Positions 40,044 to 49,992 of a stretch of 64,000 nucleotides of DNA are shown here, in pieces. The notes beneath the pieces were generated by a model. The model did no database searches, had not been told where the DNA came from, and worked only from the letters and a program-made list of their open reading frames with translations. How positions within the stretch are numbered: the stretch's first letter is position 1; each line of letters opens with the position of its first letter. Both the position numbers and the translations under genes were made by a program. This DNA is from an uncultured Bacilli bacterium (GTDB lineage: Bacteria; Bacillota_I; Bacilli_A; RF39; UBA660), in assembly GCA_934101645.1 (NCBI GenBank), contig CAKORX010000001.1, forward strand, positions 81,051 through 145,050. Reading direction: 5' to 3'.

Positions 40044-41699
40044 TTAATTATTTTTTCTTAATTTAGTAATTATATAGCCTATTGCCAAAATGCTTAACGT
40101 AAATGTTGTAAAGTATACAGTTATATTATCAAGTGTATTTGGATTACTTAAATTATCGCTTGCCAAAATGTAATTACTAAAATGATTTGTTTTAAATGAA
40201 AGATATTTAACTCCATCAACATTCGTCTGTTCAACCTTATATTTTTCAATACTTCCATCATCATTAATGTAAAGCATTACTAGTCCATCAGAACTTTTAT
40301 CATATGGAATTAATACTTCAGTAACATCATTAAAATTACTAATAATTTTATCTAAAATGTCTGAATATAATTTTAAACTATATCCATCTACTGTTTTATA
40401 ACCTTTTTTAGTAAGAATATTAATTTCTTCATCAGAAAGTTTATAATTATCACTTATTAATTTAGCATCTAAAGGAACATTACTAGCTTTTGTTTTTAAA
40501 ATTATTCCTGTTTTAGTATCTACTGATGAAATAACTCCAAATTTACTAGAGTACTCTTCAGGCATTTGTAAAATACCAATACAATATTTTTTATCATTAA
40601 CTGTAAGAACATAAGGAAGTGTTGTAATAAGTTCATCCTTATCTTTATAGTAATTAATTATGCTCTCATTACTACTACCAGATTTTAATTTTTCATATTC
40701 TTTTTCAAAATTAGTATTTACAAGTTCATAGTATTTCTTTGTATTAATTCCCATTGTAAGAAATAATACTTCTTCAACAGGAAGTGCTTCATTTTCCCAT
40801 TCTTCAATACTAAAATCACTTTCAACTTTAACATTAATATCTGGATTATTTATATATTTTTTTAAACTATCTTCTAAAACTTTTGCATAATCTTTTACAT
40901 CAGTTCCAACTGGTACATAAAACATATTTGATTGATAAAAGCCATTAAATGTAAAGCCATAGTAAATTCCATTATATTTTACAAATGTAAAACCATCAGC
41001 AATACCAGTAAGTGAAATACCTCTTCTTGTTTCTTCAAATGAAATTGAAAAATCAAAATCAGGATTTTTTTCAACAACATTTTTTACTTGAGCAAATTCT
41101 TTAAGTGATCTTTTCGGAGAAAAAAACGTAGTTGTATCACTTTCATAATTAATTAAATGATTTATCATATCTTTGTCTGCAACATTAAATGTTCCAAATA
41201 ATTCATTTGTTATTAAATCAACCTTTTTTGTAATATTTTCATTACCACTTACTTCTTCATAAGTTACATCTAATGTATATTTATCATGTACTTCATTTTC
41301 AAAGCTAGTGCCATAGTAAACCATTACTTCACAAAAATCTTTATCTGCAATCTGCATTGTATTACCATAATAATAATTATCACCTTTTCTATAACATGCA
41401 GTATCCATACCTAATACATTTTCAAAATCAACTATGTTATATAAGTCATCACGAAATAAGTATTCAAAAAATTTATTATTTAAAAATTCTTTTTCATAAT
41501 TACTGCCATCATATTCATTTGCCTTTAACCAATTATAATTTTTTTCAACCATTGAATCCAAATTTGTATACTTAAATGAAAATACATGGTTTTCCAAAAT
41601 ATTTTTATTTTCTCGCCTGCTTTCCTCAATTGTTTTTGCGTTAACACTAGTTATTAAAAACAAACTTACAAATAAAACTCTTAAAATTTTTTTCATCAC
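40044..41699 (-). CDS. Secreted surface protein with a candidate sortase-B-type sorting signal (NPNTL plus TM plus KLRKNN)
   Basis: Signal peptide MMKKILRVLFVSLFLITSVNA. The C-terminus reads LSNPNTLDNITVY, then a hydrophobic stretch, then KLRKNN. Confidence 0.55.
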   Translation of the reverse strand: MMKKILRVLFVSLFLITSVNAKTIEESRRENKNILENHVFSFKYTNLDSMVEKNYNWLKANEYDGSNYEKEFLNNKFFEYLFRDDLYNIVDFENVLGMDTACYRKGDNYYYGNTMQIADKDFCEVMVYYGTSFENEVHDKYTLDVTYEEVSGNENITKKVDLITNELFGTFNVADKDMINHLINYESDTTTFFSPKRSLKEFAQVKNVVEKNPDFDFSISFEETRRGISLTGIADGFTFVKYNGIYYGFTFNGFYQSNMFYVPVGTDVKDYAKVLEDSLKKYINNPDINVKVESDFSIEEWENEALPVEEVLFLTMGINTKKYYELVNTNFEKEYEKLKSGSSNESIINYYKDKDELITTLPYVLTVNDKKYCIGILQMPEEYSSKFGVISSVDTKTGIILKTKASNVPLDAKLISDNYKLSDEEINILTKKGYKTVDGYSLKLYSDILDKIISNFNDVTEVLIPYDKSSDGLVMLYINDDGSIEKYKVEQTNVDGVKYLSFKTNHFSNYILASDNLSNPNTLDNITVYFTTFTLSILAIGYIITKLRKNN

Positions 41700-41811
41700 T
41701 CTCTCCTACTATTACAATTATTATAAGTGATTAAATTTATTTATTCAACATCAAAAATCACAAATTTAAAAAAACCGAATATAATACAAAGAAATACTAA
41801 GGAGGAAAATT

Positions 41812-42786
41812 TTGAAAAAAGTATTTTATAGTTTTTTAACTTTATTAATTATCATCATTTGCTTATTAATATTTTTGCCTAAAAAAGAAAATAAAAATAT
41901 TAAAACAATTAAACTTGCAGAAGTTACACATTCAGTTTTTTATGCTCCAATGTATGTTGCTATTGAAAATGGTTATTTTGAAGAAGAAAATGTAAAAATT
42001 GATTTAATATTAACACCTGGTGCTGATAAAGTAAGCTCGGCTGTACTTTCTGGTGATGTAAATATAGGTTTTGCTGGAGCTGAAAGTGCTATATATATCT
42101 ACGAAAAAAATGAAAAAGATTATTTACAGATTTTTGCAGGACTTACAAAAAGAGATGGTCAATTTATTATTTCTAAAAATAAAAATGACAATTTTAAATT
42201 AACTGACCTTTATGGTAAACAAATTTTAGTAGGAAGATCATCTGGCATGCCGGCATTAAACTTTTTAAACGCACTTAAAAAAGAAGGTATTGATGAAAGC
42301 AAAATAAATATTAATTACAGCGTAGACTTTGCTTCATTATCCGGAGCATTTATTGGTTCTAAAGAATATCACTATGTTAACTTATTTGAGCCAAATGCCT
42401 TAAAACTTGAAAATGGGGGTTATGGACACGTTGTGGCAAGTATTGGTCTTCTTTCTGGAGAAATGCCATATACAACGTTTTATGCTAAAAAAAGTTATAT
42501 TGAAAATAATAGCGACATAATAAATAGTTTTAGAAATGCTATTAATAAGGGACTAAAGTTTGTAAAAGAAAATGATGAACAAACAATTGCCAAAAGTATT
42601 CTTAAACAATTTCCAGATACTTCATTAAATGATTTAACAAAAATTGTAAAAAGATATAAAGATGCCGATTCATTTTTAGAAAGTACTTATATAAGTGAAA
42701 ACTTACTTGAAAATCTCGAAGATATTATGATTGATAACAATCTTTTAAAAGATTACGTTCCTTACGATAAATTAATTATAAATTAA
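41812..42786 (+). CDS. ABC transporter substrate-binding lipoprotein (NMT1/THI5 / SsuA-like family)
   Basis: N-terminal signal/TM. Overall similarity to the periplasmic-binding fold of NitT/TauT-family SBPs (GADKVSSAVLSGDVNIGFAG...). No permease or ATPase lies adjacent. Confidence 0.55.
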   Translation: MKKVFYSFLTLLIIIICLLIFLPKKENKNIKTIKLAEVTHSVFYAPMYVAIENGYFEEENVKIDLILTPGADKVSSAVLSGDVNIGFAGAESAIYIYEKNEKDYLQIFAGLTKRDGQFIISKNKNDNFKLTDLYGKQILVGRSSGMPALNFLNALKKEGIDESKININYSVDFASLSGAFIGSKEYHYVNLFEPNALKLENGGYGHVVASIGLLSGEMPYTTFYAKKSYIENNSDIINSFRNAINKGLKFVKENDEQTIAKSILKQFPDTSLNDLTKIVKRYKDADSFLESTYISENLLENLEDIMIDNNLLKDYVPYDKLIIN

Positions 42787-42814
42787 AAAAACACTAAAAT
42801 TTAGTGATTTTTTT
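42785..42814. terminator. Bidirectional intrinsic terminator
   Basis: A7-CACTAAAaTTTAGTG-T7. It overlaps the stop of the minus-strand gene. Confidence 0.6.
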
Positions 42815-44633
42815 ATTTTGACATAGATAAATCATTCTTGCTTAAAAATAAATTCAAATAATCGTTGTTAAGAATTAAAGAAAGATCTAGTTTATCTAAA
42901 TATGAATCAAAACAATTTAAATAAATAGTTAAAGGCACTTCTTTTTCACTACTCAAATTTTCATCAGTAAAAAAAATAACTTCATTATCTTTAAAAAGTT
43001 TTGCTCCGACTTTTCCCTCTTCATTATATCCTATCGATATAGTTATAAAACTGTCAATCATAACATCATTTATATATTTTCCTTGATAAAATATTGGTAT
43101 AGGTTTATATAAATGTGGGCTTACTTCCTTTGTATCCGCAATAATTTGGCTCATAAATCCATCTTCATTATATGAATGTATATTCATAAATGCATATACT
43201 ATAAAGTTATCAGAATCAAAATTAATTTTAAGAGTAAAATAATCTTCCAACGAAATTTCTTTATTTCCCGAAGGAGCACTTACAAACTCATTACCATTTT
43301 CATTATGTGCAGGACAAAATAATCCATTAAAATAGCAAAATTTACTTTCCCCCTTAAAGTTATTTACTTTACCGGCTATATCATTATATGAAATAACGTT
43401 TTCATAACCTAAACTGGCTAAATATTCATTGTAATCTTTTAAATATTTTGTTAATGAAGAATTGTCATTTAAATATAAAAATATTTGTGAAAAACTTTCA
43501 AAAGGTTCATATACGTTATCGGAATTTATATTCACACTTTGTTTAACAATTTTAAATAACTCTTCCATTAAGCTTGGAGCTTTATCAAATGTCATATTTA
43601 CACCAAAGTCTCTTTTTGTTGTATATAAACTATCCAAAACATTTGCAATAAACTCAATATCAATTGTTGGATATGCTTTTTTTAATGAAGATAAAAGTCC
43701 ATCAATTCCATTAATGCTGTAATCACTAATACTATAACCTACTCTTGAGCATAGAAAATCAAGAACAGATTGATAATCTTTATAACTATTATCCCTTACA
43801 ATAAGGTTTGTAATTTTAGCATTCATAGCTTCGCCTAAAGCTTCACATGAATATGGAAAACGATAATAATTTGCTTTATCCGTTTTATAATAAATATTTT
43901 GAGTAGAATGTAAAAGTTCATGATACCTAGTATTTTCACTAGCATTAATTGGATAACATATCTTATTTTCTTTTACACCATAATAACCTAATACAACCTT
44001 ACCAATCGAAGATAAAAATTCTTTATCACTTAATTTTTCAATTTTTATACTTTTAAGGTTCTCATAAAATACTCTAAAATCATAATCTGGACAATTATTA
44101 TATAAAGTGTTAACTAAAGTTATGGCTCTTGCTTTATCATCAATATCAAAACTTTCACAAGCATTTATCGCCTCAATAAGGTTTTCATAAGAAATACTTT
44201 CATAACCCAAAACATTAGTTAACTCTGCGTTACTTGTAATTTTCTTTTCTTCGGGAATATTTAATTCTTCAGTGTAAAATGGAGCTATACTATGAGTTGG
44301 TTCTTCTTCAACTAAAGCTGGTTTTTCTTCATTAACTTTCTCTGGTTTTTTTACTATATCTTTTGTAATCGAAGCAGTAACTGTTGCAAGAAGTGCAACT
44401 GCTACAGCAGTATTTTTTAATAAGGCTTTTTCTTCAAAATTTAACTTATGAATTTCATATGATATAAAACTTTTCTTTTTATTATAAACATTATTTAATA
44501 ATAGGTAATCTTTATATTCAGGATAAAATAATTTAGTATTTTTTACCTCTAAAAAAGCTTTGTGTCCATCATCACAAAGAAAGATTGCAAAGCATTTATT
44601 ATTTAGTTTAATATTAAACATATATTTAAACAT
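42813..44633 (-). CDS. RsgI-like anti-sigma factor: an N-terminal RsgI_N-like cytoplasmic domain, one TM and a large extracellular domain
   Basis: The N-terminus MFNIKLNNKCFAIFLCDDGHKAFLEVK matches the RsgI N-domain pattern (xIxxNKAIVLTxDGEFLxV). TM is AVAVALLATVTASI at ~aa 75-95, followed by a 500-aa ectodomain. Confidence 0.5.
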   Translation of the reverse strand: MFKYMFNIKLNNKCFAIFLCDDGHKAFLEVKNTKLFYPEYKDYLLLNNVYNKKKSFISYEIHKLNFEEKALLKNTAVAVALLATVTASITKDIVKKPEKVNEEKPALVEEEPTHSIAPFYTEELNIPEEKKITSNAELTNVLGYESISYENLIEAINACESFDIDDKARAITLVNTLYNNCPDYDFRVFYENLKSIKIEKLSDKEFLSSIGKVVLGYYGVKENKICYPINASENTRYHELLHSTQNIYYKTDKANYYRFPYSCEALGEAMNAKITNLIVRDNSYKDYQSVLDFLCSRVGYSISDYSINGIDGLLSSLKKAYPTIDIEFIANVLDSLYTTKRDFGVNMTFDKAPSLMEELFKIVKQSVNINSDNVYEPFESFSQIFLYLNDNSSLTKYLKDYNEYLASLGYENVISYNDIAGKVNNFKGESKFCYFNGLFCPAHNENGNEFVSAPSGNKEISLEDYFTLKINFDSDNFIVYAFMNIHSYNEDGFMSQIIADTKEVSPHLYKPIPIFYQGKYINDVMIDSFITISIGYNEEGKVGAKLFKDNEVIFFTDENLSSEKEVPLTIYLNCFDSYLDKLDLSLILNNDYLNLFLSKNDLSMSK

Positions 44634-44711
44634 TTCTTATCACCTTTATTATATATAATATATCAAAAATATTTGCCATTGTATAGTTTACAAATTAAAA
44701 AAACTTAAGAA

Positions 44712-46118
44712 TTACTTTTTCTTAAGTTTTTTTGCTTTTTTATCATCATCAAATATATTAAATATATCCTCTTCATCTTCGAGTTTATCTTTAATTTCAT
44801 TTATTTGATTATCAATATGTTTTTCTGTTATATTACTTTTTACTGGATTTTTCTTACTTTTCTTTTTGGAACTTAATCCTATAATAGCAATCACAGAAAG
44901 CGCAGTTGAAGCAATAAATGCAATTGTTGAATATGTTAAAGATTTATTTTTAGTTTCTAAAGATTTTACATAACTATCATCATATTTAATAGCATTATGA
45001 TCTTTGGTATCATATAAATAAAGACCCTTTTCATTTGTTTCAACATTAATTGCCTTAATTATCTTATATCTATTTTGAGCATCAAGTTCCAAACACTCAA
45101 TTTTGTTTTCTCCTACTAAAACTTCACTTTTCTTGTAATCTTTAATACTTTCATCCATTTTAAGAGGATATAAAGTAAGACTTCCAAAAGTAAGTTCTAC
45201 GTATTTAGTATATTTTCCATCTTCATAAATAAATAAAGAAATATTTGCTTTTTCATCTTTTAAACCAACTAAAGTAAAGTCAGTAACTTCGCTATAAAAA
45301 CCAGGAACTTCCATTTCATTAATTGTTAATTTTTTTTCAATATAACTATTTGGTTTTGATAATAAACTTGCAACTTTTACAACAGTGTATTTTTCATTAT
45401 CAACCATTACTTCTATAGGATTTTTATCAACAACCTCGACATTTAATTTATAAGTTTTTTCACTACCATTTTCGGCAACCACAACTATATTAAAGGAATT
45501 TGTACCAGCACTAACTTCATGCTCTCCATCGCCATTTACACTTGCTTTAGCATCCTCTTTTTCTGCAATAACTTTAATCTTTGTTTCATCTTCATTAACT
45601 TTAACAGTATATTCAGTTGTATCTTTATTAAATGTAGGGCTTATTTCATAACCCTCAACAGTTAAGTTTTTTAAATTATTATTATTTGATAAACTTGCTT
45701 GATATTCAGCATAAGTTATTACTTTAACATTTCTTTTGCCATTACTAACATCGAAAATACTTTCATCCCAACCAAGAACTGCAGAAGCATCTATATAAAA
45801 TGATGCATTACCACTTTTATTTGCTTTAAAAACATATCTATGTGATTTAGATTTAGTATTAGCATTTGGTGCAGCCTCAGCGTAATGCAATTCGACATCA
45901 CTTGATACTAGAGTAAATAAATTTTTATCATAGTTTAAATTGTATTCCCAAGAACCAAGAGCAGATGCTGATGACACGGTTACAGTTACGGTTACATTAT
46001 TTCCTACTATTATTTGTGAAGCGTTAGTACTAACACTTATTGTTGCACTTGCAGCATATACATTACTTGCGCAAAATAAACACATTATTACAATTAAATA
46101 ACTTATTATTTTTTTCAT
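44712..46118 (-). CDS. Membrane-anchored surface protein with an N-terminal cohesin-like domain and a cadherin-like beta-sandwich domain
   Basis: Signal peptide. Cohesin-like region ATISVSTNASQIIVGNNVTVTVTVSSASALGSWEYNLNYDKNLFTLVS. Cadherin-like motif LKNLTVEGYEISPTFNKDTTEYTVKV. C-terminal TM with a K-rich cytoplasmic tail. Confidence 0.55.
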   Translation of the reverse strand: MKKIISYLIVIMCLFCASNVYAASATISVSTNASQIIVGNNVTVTVTVSSASALGSWEYNLNYDKNLFTLVSSDVELHYAEAAPNANTKSKSHRYVFKANKSGNASFYIDASAVLGWDESIFDVSNGKRNVKVITYAEYQASLSNNNNLKNLTVEGYEISPTFNKDTTEYTVKVNEDETKIKVIAEKEDAKASVNGDGEHEVSAGTNSFNIVVVAENGSEKTYKLNVEVVDKNPIEVMVDNEKYTVVKVASLLSKPNSYIEKKLTINEMEVPGFYSEVTDFTLVGLKDEKANISLFIYEDGKYTKYVELTFGSLTLYPLKMDESIKDYKKSEVLVGENKIECLELDAQNRYKIIKAINVETNEKGLYLYDTKDHNAIKYDDSYVKSLETKNKSLTYSTIAFIASTALSVIAIIGLSSKKKSKKNPVKSNITEKHIDNQINEIKDKLEDEEDIFNIFDDDKKAKKLKKK

Positions 46119-46130
46119 TTAAATTCCTTT

Positions 46131-48086
46131 CTAACTAATTGTTGCATATCCTAAAATATGTTTCTGAACTTTTAGTAAATCTTTTATATCTACTACGCCA
46201 TCGCTATTAACATCGGCGGCTTTAGCATAACTTCCCACTAAATTTAAGTATCCTAAAATATGTTTTTGAATTTTTAGTAAGTCTTGAATATTTATATTTC
46301 CATCGCCACTAGGGTCGCCTTTAATAGCTATTATATAAGTTTTAGAATCATTGCCATTTACTAAAGTAAGTTCATCTCCAGTACAAAGTTTACCACTTGC
46401 TCTATTTGCAAAATTTACGGTAACTGTTGATGAAGACTTTTTAAATAGCTCTGTTAAAGATTCCACTGTATAACCAGCACTTAACATAAAAATATTATCA
46501 CTAAGTGGAATTCCACTACTAGCAACTATATCGCTAACAGATGCACTTTCTCCTTCAGTTTTAATAATATTTATAACATATTCTTGAACTTTTTGATTTT
46601 CAGCGGTTACTTTTAATGTTACAGTTGTCTTATCACTATTTAAATTTACTTCTCCAAGACCAGATATTGTTGCTTTACTATTTATTGTTTCAGCTGTAAT
46701 ATTTACTTTGTTAATTCCTTTACCAGTATAATAATTATATGTATAGTTATCATGGCTAAAGCCAATTACATCATTATTATTTATTTTTATATTTTTCAAA
46801 TGATTATTAGGATTTCCACCATTTGGAAGTGCTGCAATTGTTGATGGCATATTATCGTAAACTGGAATTACAAATTTATAAGCTACGCTTCCTATTAAAT
46901 CCATCTCTTTATACCCACTATAAGTAATTGATGCTTCTGTAGCAGCACCCCTTATATTAGTCATATATTGATGTGCATAAGGAGCATAAGCTGAATATGA
47001 ACTAACGTTAAATTTTTGAAAATATGAAGTATCTTGTCCTTTTGAAATATAATTATTTGTAATATAATTTGCTCCACCTTTTATAGCGTTATCAAGATTT
47101 GTCCATGGTCTTAAATAACTTGTACCACTTACGGCCCATACAAGTCCATCATAAACTCCTGTAAAAGCACCTATATTATAAGGATTATATACAGGATAAT
47201 ACTCTTTATTATCATAAATAATTTTAGTTCCTTTTAAAGAGTTTCCTGTATAATTTCCTCCAGTTTCTTGTTTAATTCTACTTGCTAAATATATTGCACT
47301 TGCATTAAAACTTTTTCCAGCCTCATAAATAACGCTTGCTTTTTCTTTAATATCTTTACCCTCTAAAATAGCTTCAACACTACTTATTGTTTGATAGCTT
47401 TCATCAAAGGATAATTTTTCAAACATAAATATAGTTCTTTCATCTAAAAAGTTTCGTGGGTCCATATAGTATGCCACGACTTCTTTGTTTGCAGCATACC
47501 AATCTTTTCCTTCTTTTACTTTAAATGTATCAGTTAAATAATCATAGCTTCCACTTTCAGTTGAAAAGTATCCTTCATAATTAGATTGAATAAAACTTTT
47601 ACCAACAACGCTTTCTTTTTCGGTAGCTATATCAAATGGTAATCCATTTTTATCAGCTGTAAAAGTCCAATTTGGATATTTTTCTTTAAGTGAGCAAAGC
47701 ATTGGCCAGTAAGAATTTGGAAAACCGTTTTGCTCCATTTCTTTTTCACAATCTGTAGTTGCCGAAACTGGTGTATCTTTTACCGTATAAATAGTTACAT
47801 AACTTGCACACACATAGCCAACATCTTTATTTGAATAATATATTTTATACCAACCATCGGAGCAACCTTTTTCATTCGGATACAAATTTTCATCCGCTAA
47901 ATCAAAATTTGCGCTTACACCGAGTTTTTTTATCGAAGAATAATTTGTTCCAGGGCCAGTTCTTAAATTAACATCATTATAATCCACTCTAAGTTTTTTT
48001 GTATCCGCTAAAACGTTACTTGTAAAGGTAAATAAACAAATAATAAATAATAAAATTTTATTTATTTTATTTATTTTATACTTCAT
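46131..48086 (-). CDS. Secreted dockerin-containing protein carrying SH3b, a GH73-like N-acetylglucosaminidase domain, a cadherin-like domain and a C-terminal type-I dockerin
   Basis: Signal peptide. SH3b region LRTGPGTNYSSIKKLG...GWYKIYY. Glucosaminidase-like segment AIYLASRIKQETGGN. Two dockerin Ca-binding repeats, DPSGDGNINIQDLLKIQKHILG and DVNSDGVVDIKDLLKVQKHILG. Confidence 0.7.
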   Translation of the reverse strand: MKYKINKINKILLFIICLFTFTSNVLADTKKLRVDYNDVNLRTGPGTNYSSIKKLGVSANFDLADENLYPNEKGCSDGWYKIYYSNKDVGYVCASYVTIYTVKDTPVSATTDCEKEMEQNGFPNSYWPMLCSLKEKYPNWTFTADKNGLPFDIATEKESVVGKSFIQSNYEGYFSTESGSYDYLTDTFKVKEGKDWYAANKEVVAYYMDPRNFLDERTIFMFEKLSFDESYQTISSVEAILEGKDIKEKASVIYEAGKSFNASAIYLASRIKQETGGNYTGNSLKGTKIIYDNKEYYPVYNPYNIGAFTGVYDGLVWAVSGTSYLRPWTNLDNAIKGGANYITNNYISKGQDTSYFQKFNVSSYSAYAPYAHQYMTNIRGAATEASITYSGYKEMDLIGSVAYKFVIPVYDNMPSTIAALPNGGNPNNHLKNIKINNNDVIGFSHDNYTYNYYTGKGINKVNITAETINSKATISGLGEVNLNSDKTTVTLKVTAENQKVQEYVINIIKTEGESASVSDIVASSGIPLSDNIFMLSAGYTVESLTELFKKSSSTVTVNFANRASGKLCTGDELTLVNGNDSKTYIIAIKGDPSGDGNINIQDLLKIQKHILGYLNLVGSYAKAADVNSDGVVDIKDLLKVQKHILGYATIS

Positions 48087-48162
48087 TACTTCTTACCTAC
48101 CTTTCTACTCATAATACATTATAACATATCTTTCAATAAAAAAAATACTATAAAAGTATTTT

Positions 48163-48954
48163 TTAGCCTAAAGCAACATCTAAAATCATCATTACTGTAA
48201 AACCAATTATTGTAAAAAGTGCCATCAAATCCTTGCATTTATTTGTCTGACTTTCAGGAATAAGTTCTTCGACTACAACATAAATCATTGCTCCTGCAGC
48301 AAAAGACAATAAAAATGGTAATATCATTTGAACTTTTAATACTAAAAGTGCACCAATAACACTAGCAATTGGCTCAACAACGCCTGTAAGAGCACCAATA
48401 ATAAATGATTTCAATGGGCTCATTCCCTCCCGTCTTAAGGGAAGTGATACTGCCGTTCCTTCGGGAAAATTTTGAAGGCCAATACCTAAAGCTAATACTA
48501 AAGATGAAATAAGAGTAGCACCTTCAATGTTATATCTTAATGAACCAAAGGCAACACCTACTGCTAAGCCCTCAGGAATGTTATGTAAAGTAATTGAAAG
48601 TACAAGCATAAATGTTCTTTTTACTTTATTATTACCAGAACTTTTAATTAATTTCGAGGAAACTTTATCACCTATAAAAAGTAGTATTCCCCCGCAAATA
48701 AATCCAAAAGCTACTATAAGTGGTGCATTAAGTTTTAAACTTTCTGCCATCGATAATGCTGGAGAAATAAGTGAGAAAAAAGATGCTGATATCATTACTC
48801 CTGCAGCAAAACCAAGCATTGCATCTAAAACTGTTTTGTTTACTTTTTTAAATAAAAATACTATCGAAGCACCCATAACGGTTATAAGGAATGTAAACAT
48901 GCAGGCAATGAAAGCAAGTAACACATAATTCATATTGGAAAAAAAAGTAATCAT
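48163..48954 (-). CDS. zupT: ZIP-family zinc transporter
   Basis: Polytopic. Signature HNIPEGLAVGVAF and a second FPEGTAVS motif. Confidence 0.85.
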   Translation of the reverse strand: MITFFSNMNYVLLAFIACMFTFLITVMGASIVFLFKKVNKTVLDAMLGFAAGVMISASFFSLISPALSMAESLKLNAPLIVAFGFICGGILLFIGDKVSSKLIKSSGNNKVKRTFMLVLSITLHNIPEGLAVGVAFGSLRYNIEGATLISSLVLALGIGLQNFPEGTAVSLPLRREGMSPLKSFIIGALTGVVEPIASVIGALLVLKVQMILPFLLSFAAGAMIYVVVEELIPESQTNKCKDLMALFTIIGFTVMMILDVALG

Positions 48955-49002
48955 AAATTAAAACAACTCCCTATTTTAATATATAATTACTTTTTAAAAT
49001 TG

Positions 49003-49722
49003 CTACTTTTTCTTTGATTCTTTTATAATTGTTGATAATATACCAATACCTAAAAAAACATACAATAAAATTCTTTCAAATTTACCATTATTTTCCTCTA
49101 AAACGCTTGTTATTTTATTATCAATTTTTTCAAATTTTTCTAAGTTTTTATTAAGTTTTTCTTCGTTAATAATTGTATTTTCAATGTCATCATAATTAAT
49201 ATTATCAGTAACATTATCATAACTAATTGTACTACAGTATCCTTCTTCATATCCATCTTGGGACCAAACATTTAACTTATTTTCTAAAGCATTTTTTTGA
49301 ATTAAGCAAAGACTATTTGTATATCTATATTTTCCGTAAATATAGGCAACTTTTCCTAAACCATTTTCAATTAATTCTTTTTGCAAAAGAGTACCATCTA
49401 CCCATATCCATGCAAGGCTTCTACCATATTTATCAGTTTTATTACTATCTTCATATTCTAAAACGATTTCTTTTGCATTAGTTAATTTTTCACAAGTATA
49501 ATCACTTGCCTCTTTTCCATATGGTTCAACTTTTTTCGTTGTACTTACAGATTCAGGGGTATCTATTGCCAAAAATCTAAATTTTACTTCTTCATCATCA
49601 ATTATAAAATAAGCAGTATCACCATCAACACATTTTGAAAACTCTGCCTTTTTTATGGATGTTTTAGCACTAACATCTATAAGAATAAATAAACTCAATA
49701 AAAATACACTAATTTTTTTCAT
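49003..49722 (-). CDS. Secreted, membrane-anchored thermonuclease (SNase / micrococcal nuclease-like)
   Basis: Signal peptide. SNase motifs CVDGDTAYF and FRFLAIDTPE. C-terminal TM. Confidence 0.8.
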   Translation of the reverse strand: MKKISVFLLSLFILIDVSAKTSIKKAEFSKCVDGDTAYFIIDDEEVKFRFLAIDTPESVSTTKKVEPYGKEASDYTCEKLTNAKEIVLEYEDSNKTDKYGRSLAWIWVDGTLLQKELIENGLGKVAYIYGKYRYTNSLCLIQKNALENKLNVWSQDGYEEGYCSTISYDNVTDNINYDDIENTIINEEKLNKNLEKFEKIDNKITSVLEENNGKFERILLYVFLGIGILSTIIKESKKK

Positions 49723-49734
49723 ACTTCACCTTTT

Positions 49735-49992
49735 CTATTTATTTTGGTTATTATAATAATTAAACTCGTCAATATCCATTGCTAATGATTCAAGTTCTTC
49801 ATCATCTTCAGTAAGCTCATTTAATTTAAAAATTAAACTAGATAAATCGTTATAGTCATTATAGTTAACATGATATTTTTGTAATAGTTTGACTTGATTA
49901 TTTGAAAGAAACATTCCATTTTCTCTTTCAACTTTTAAATCATTTGGATCGAATTCAAATTCACTAATTTCTTTTTTACATTCTTTCTTCAT
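49735..49992 (-). CDS. Small acidic hypothetical protein (85 aa)
   Basis: ORF overlapping the ABC exporter gene by 17 nt. No recognisable motif. Confidence 0.4.
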   Translation of the reverse strand: MKKECKKEISEFEFDPNDLKVERENGMFLSNNQVKLLQKYHVNYNDYNDLSSLIFKLNELTEDDEELESLAMDIDEFNYYNNQNK

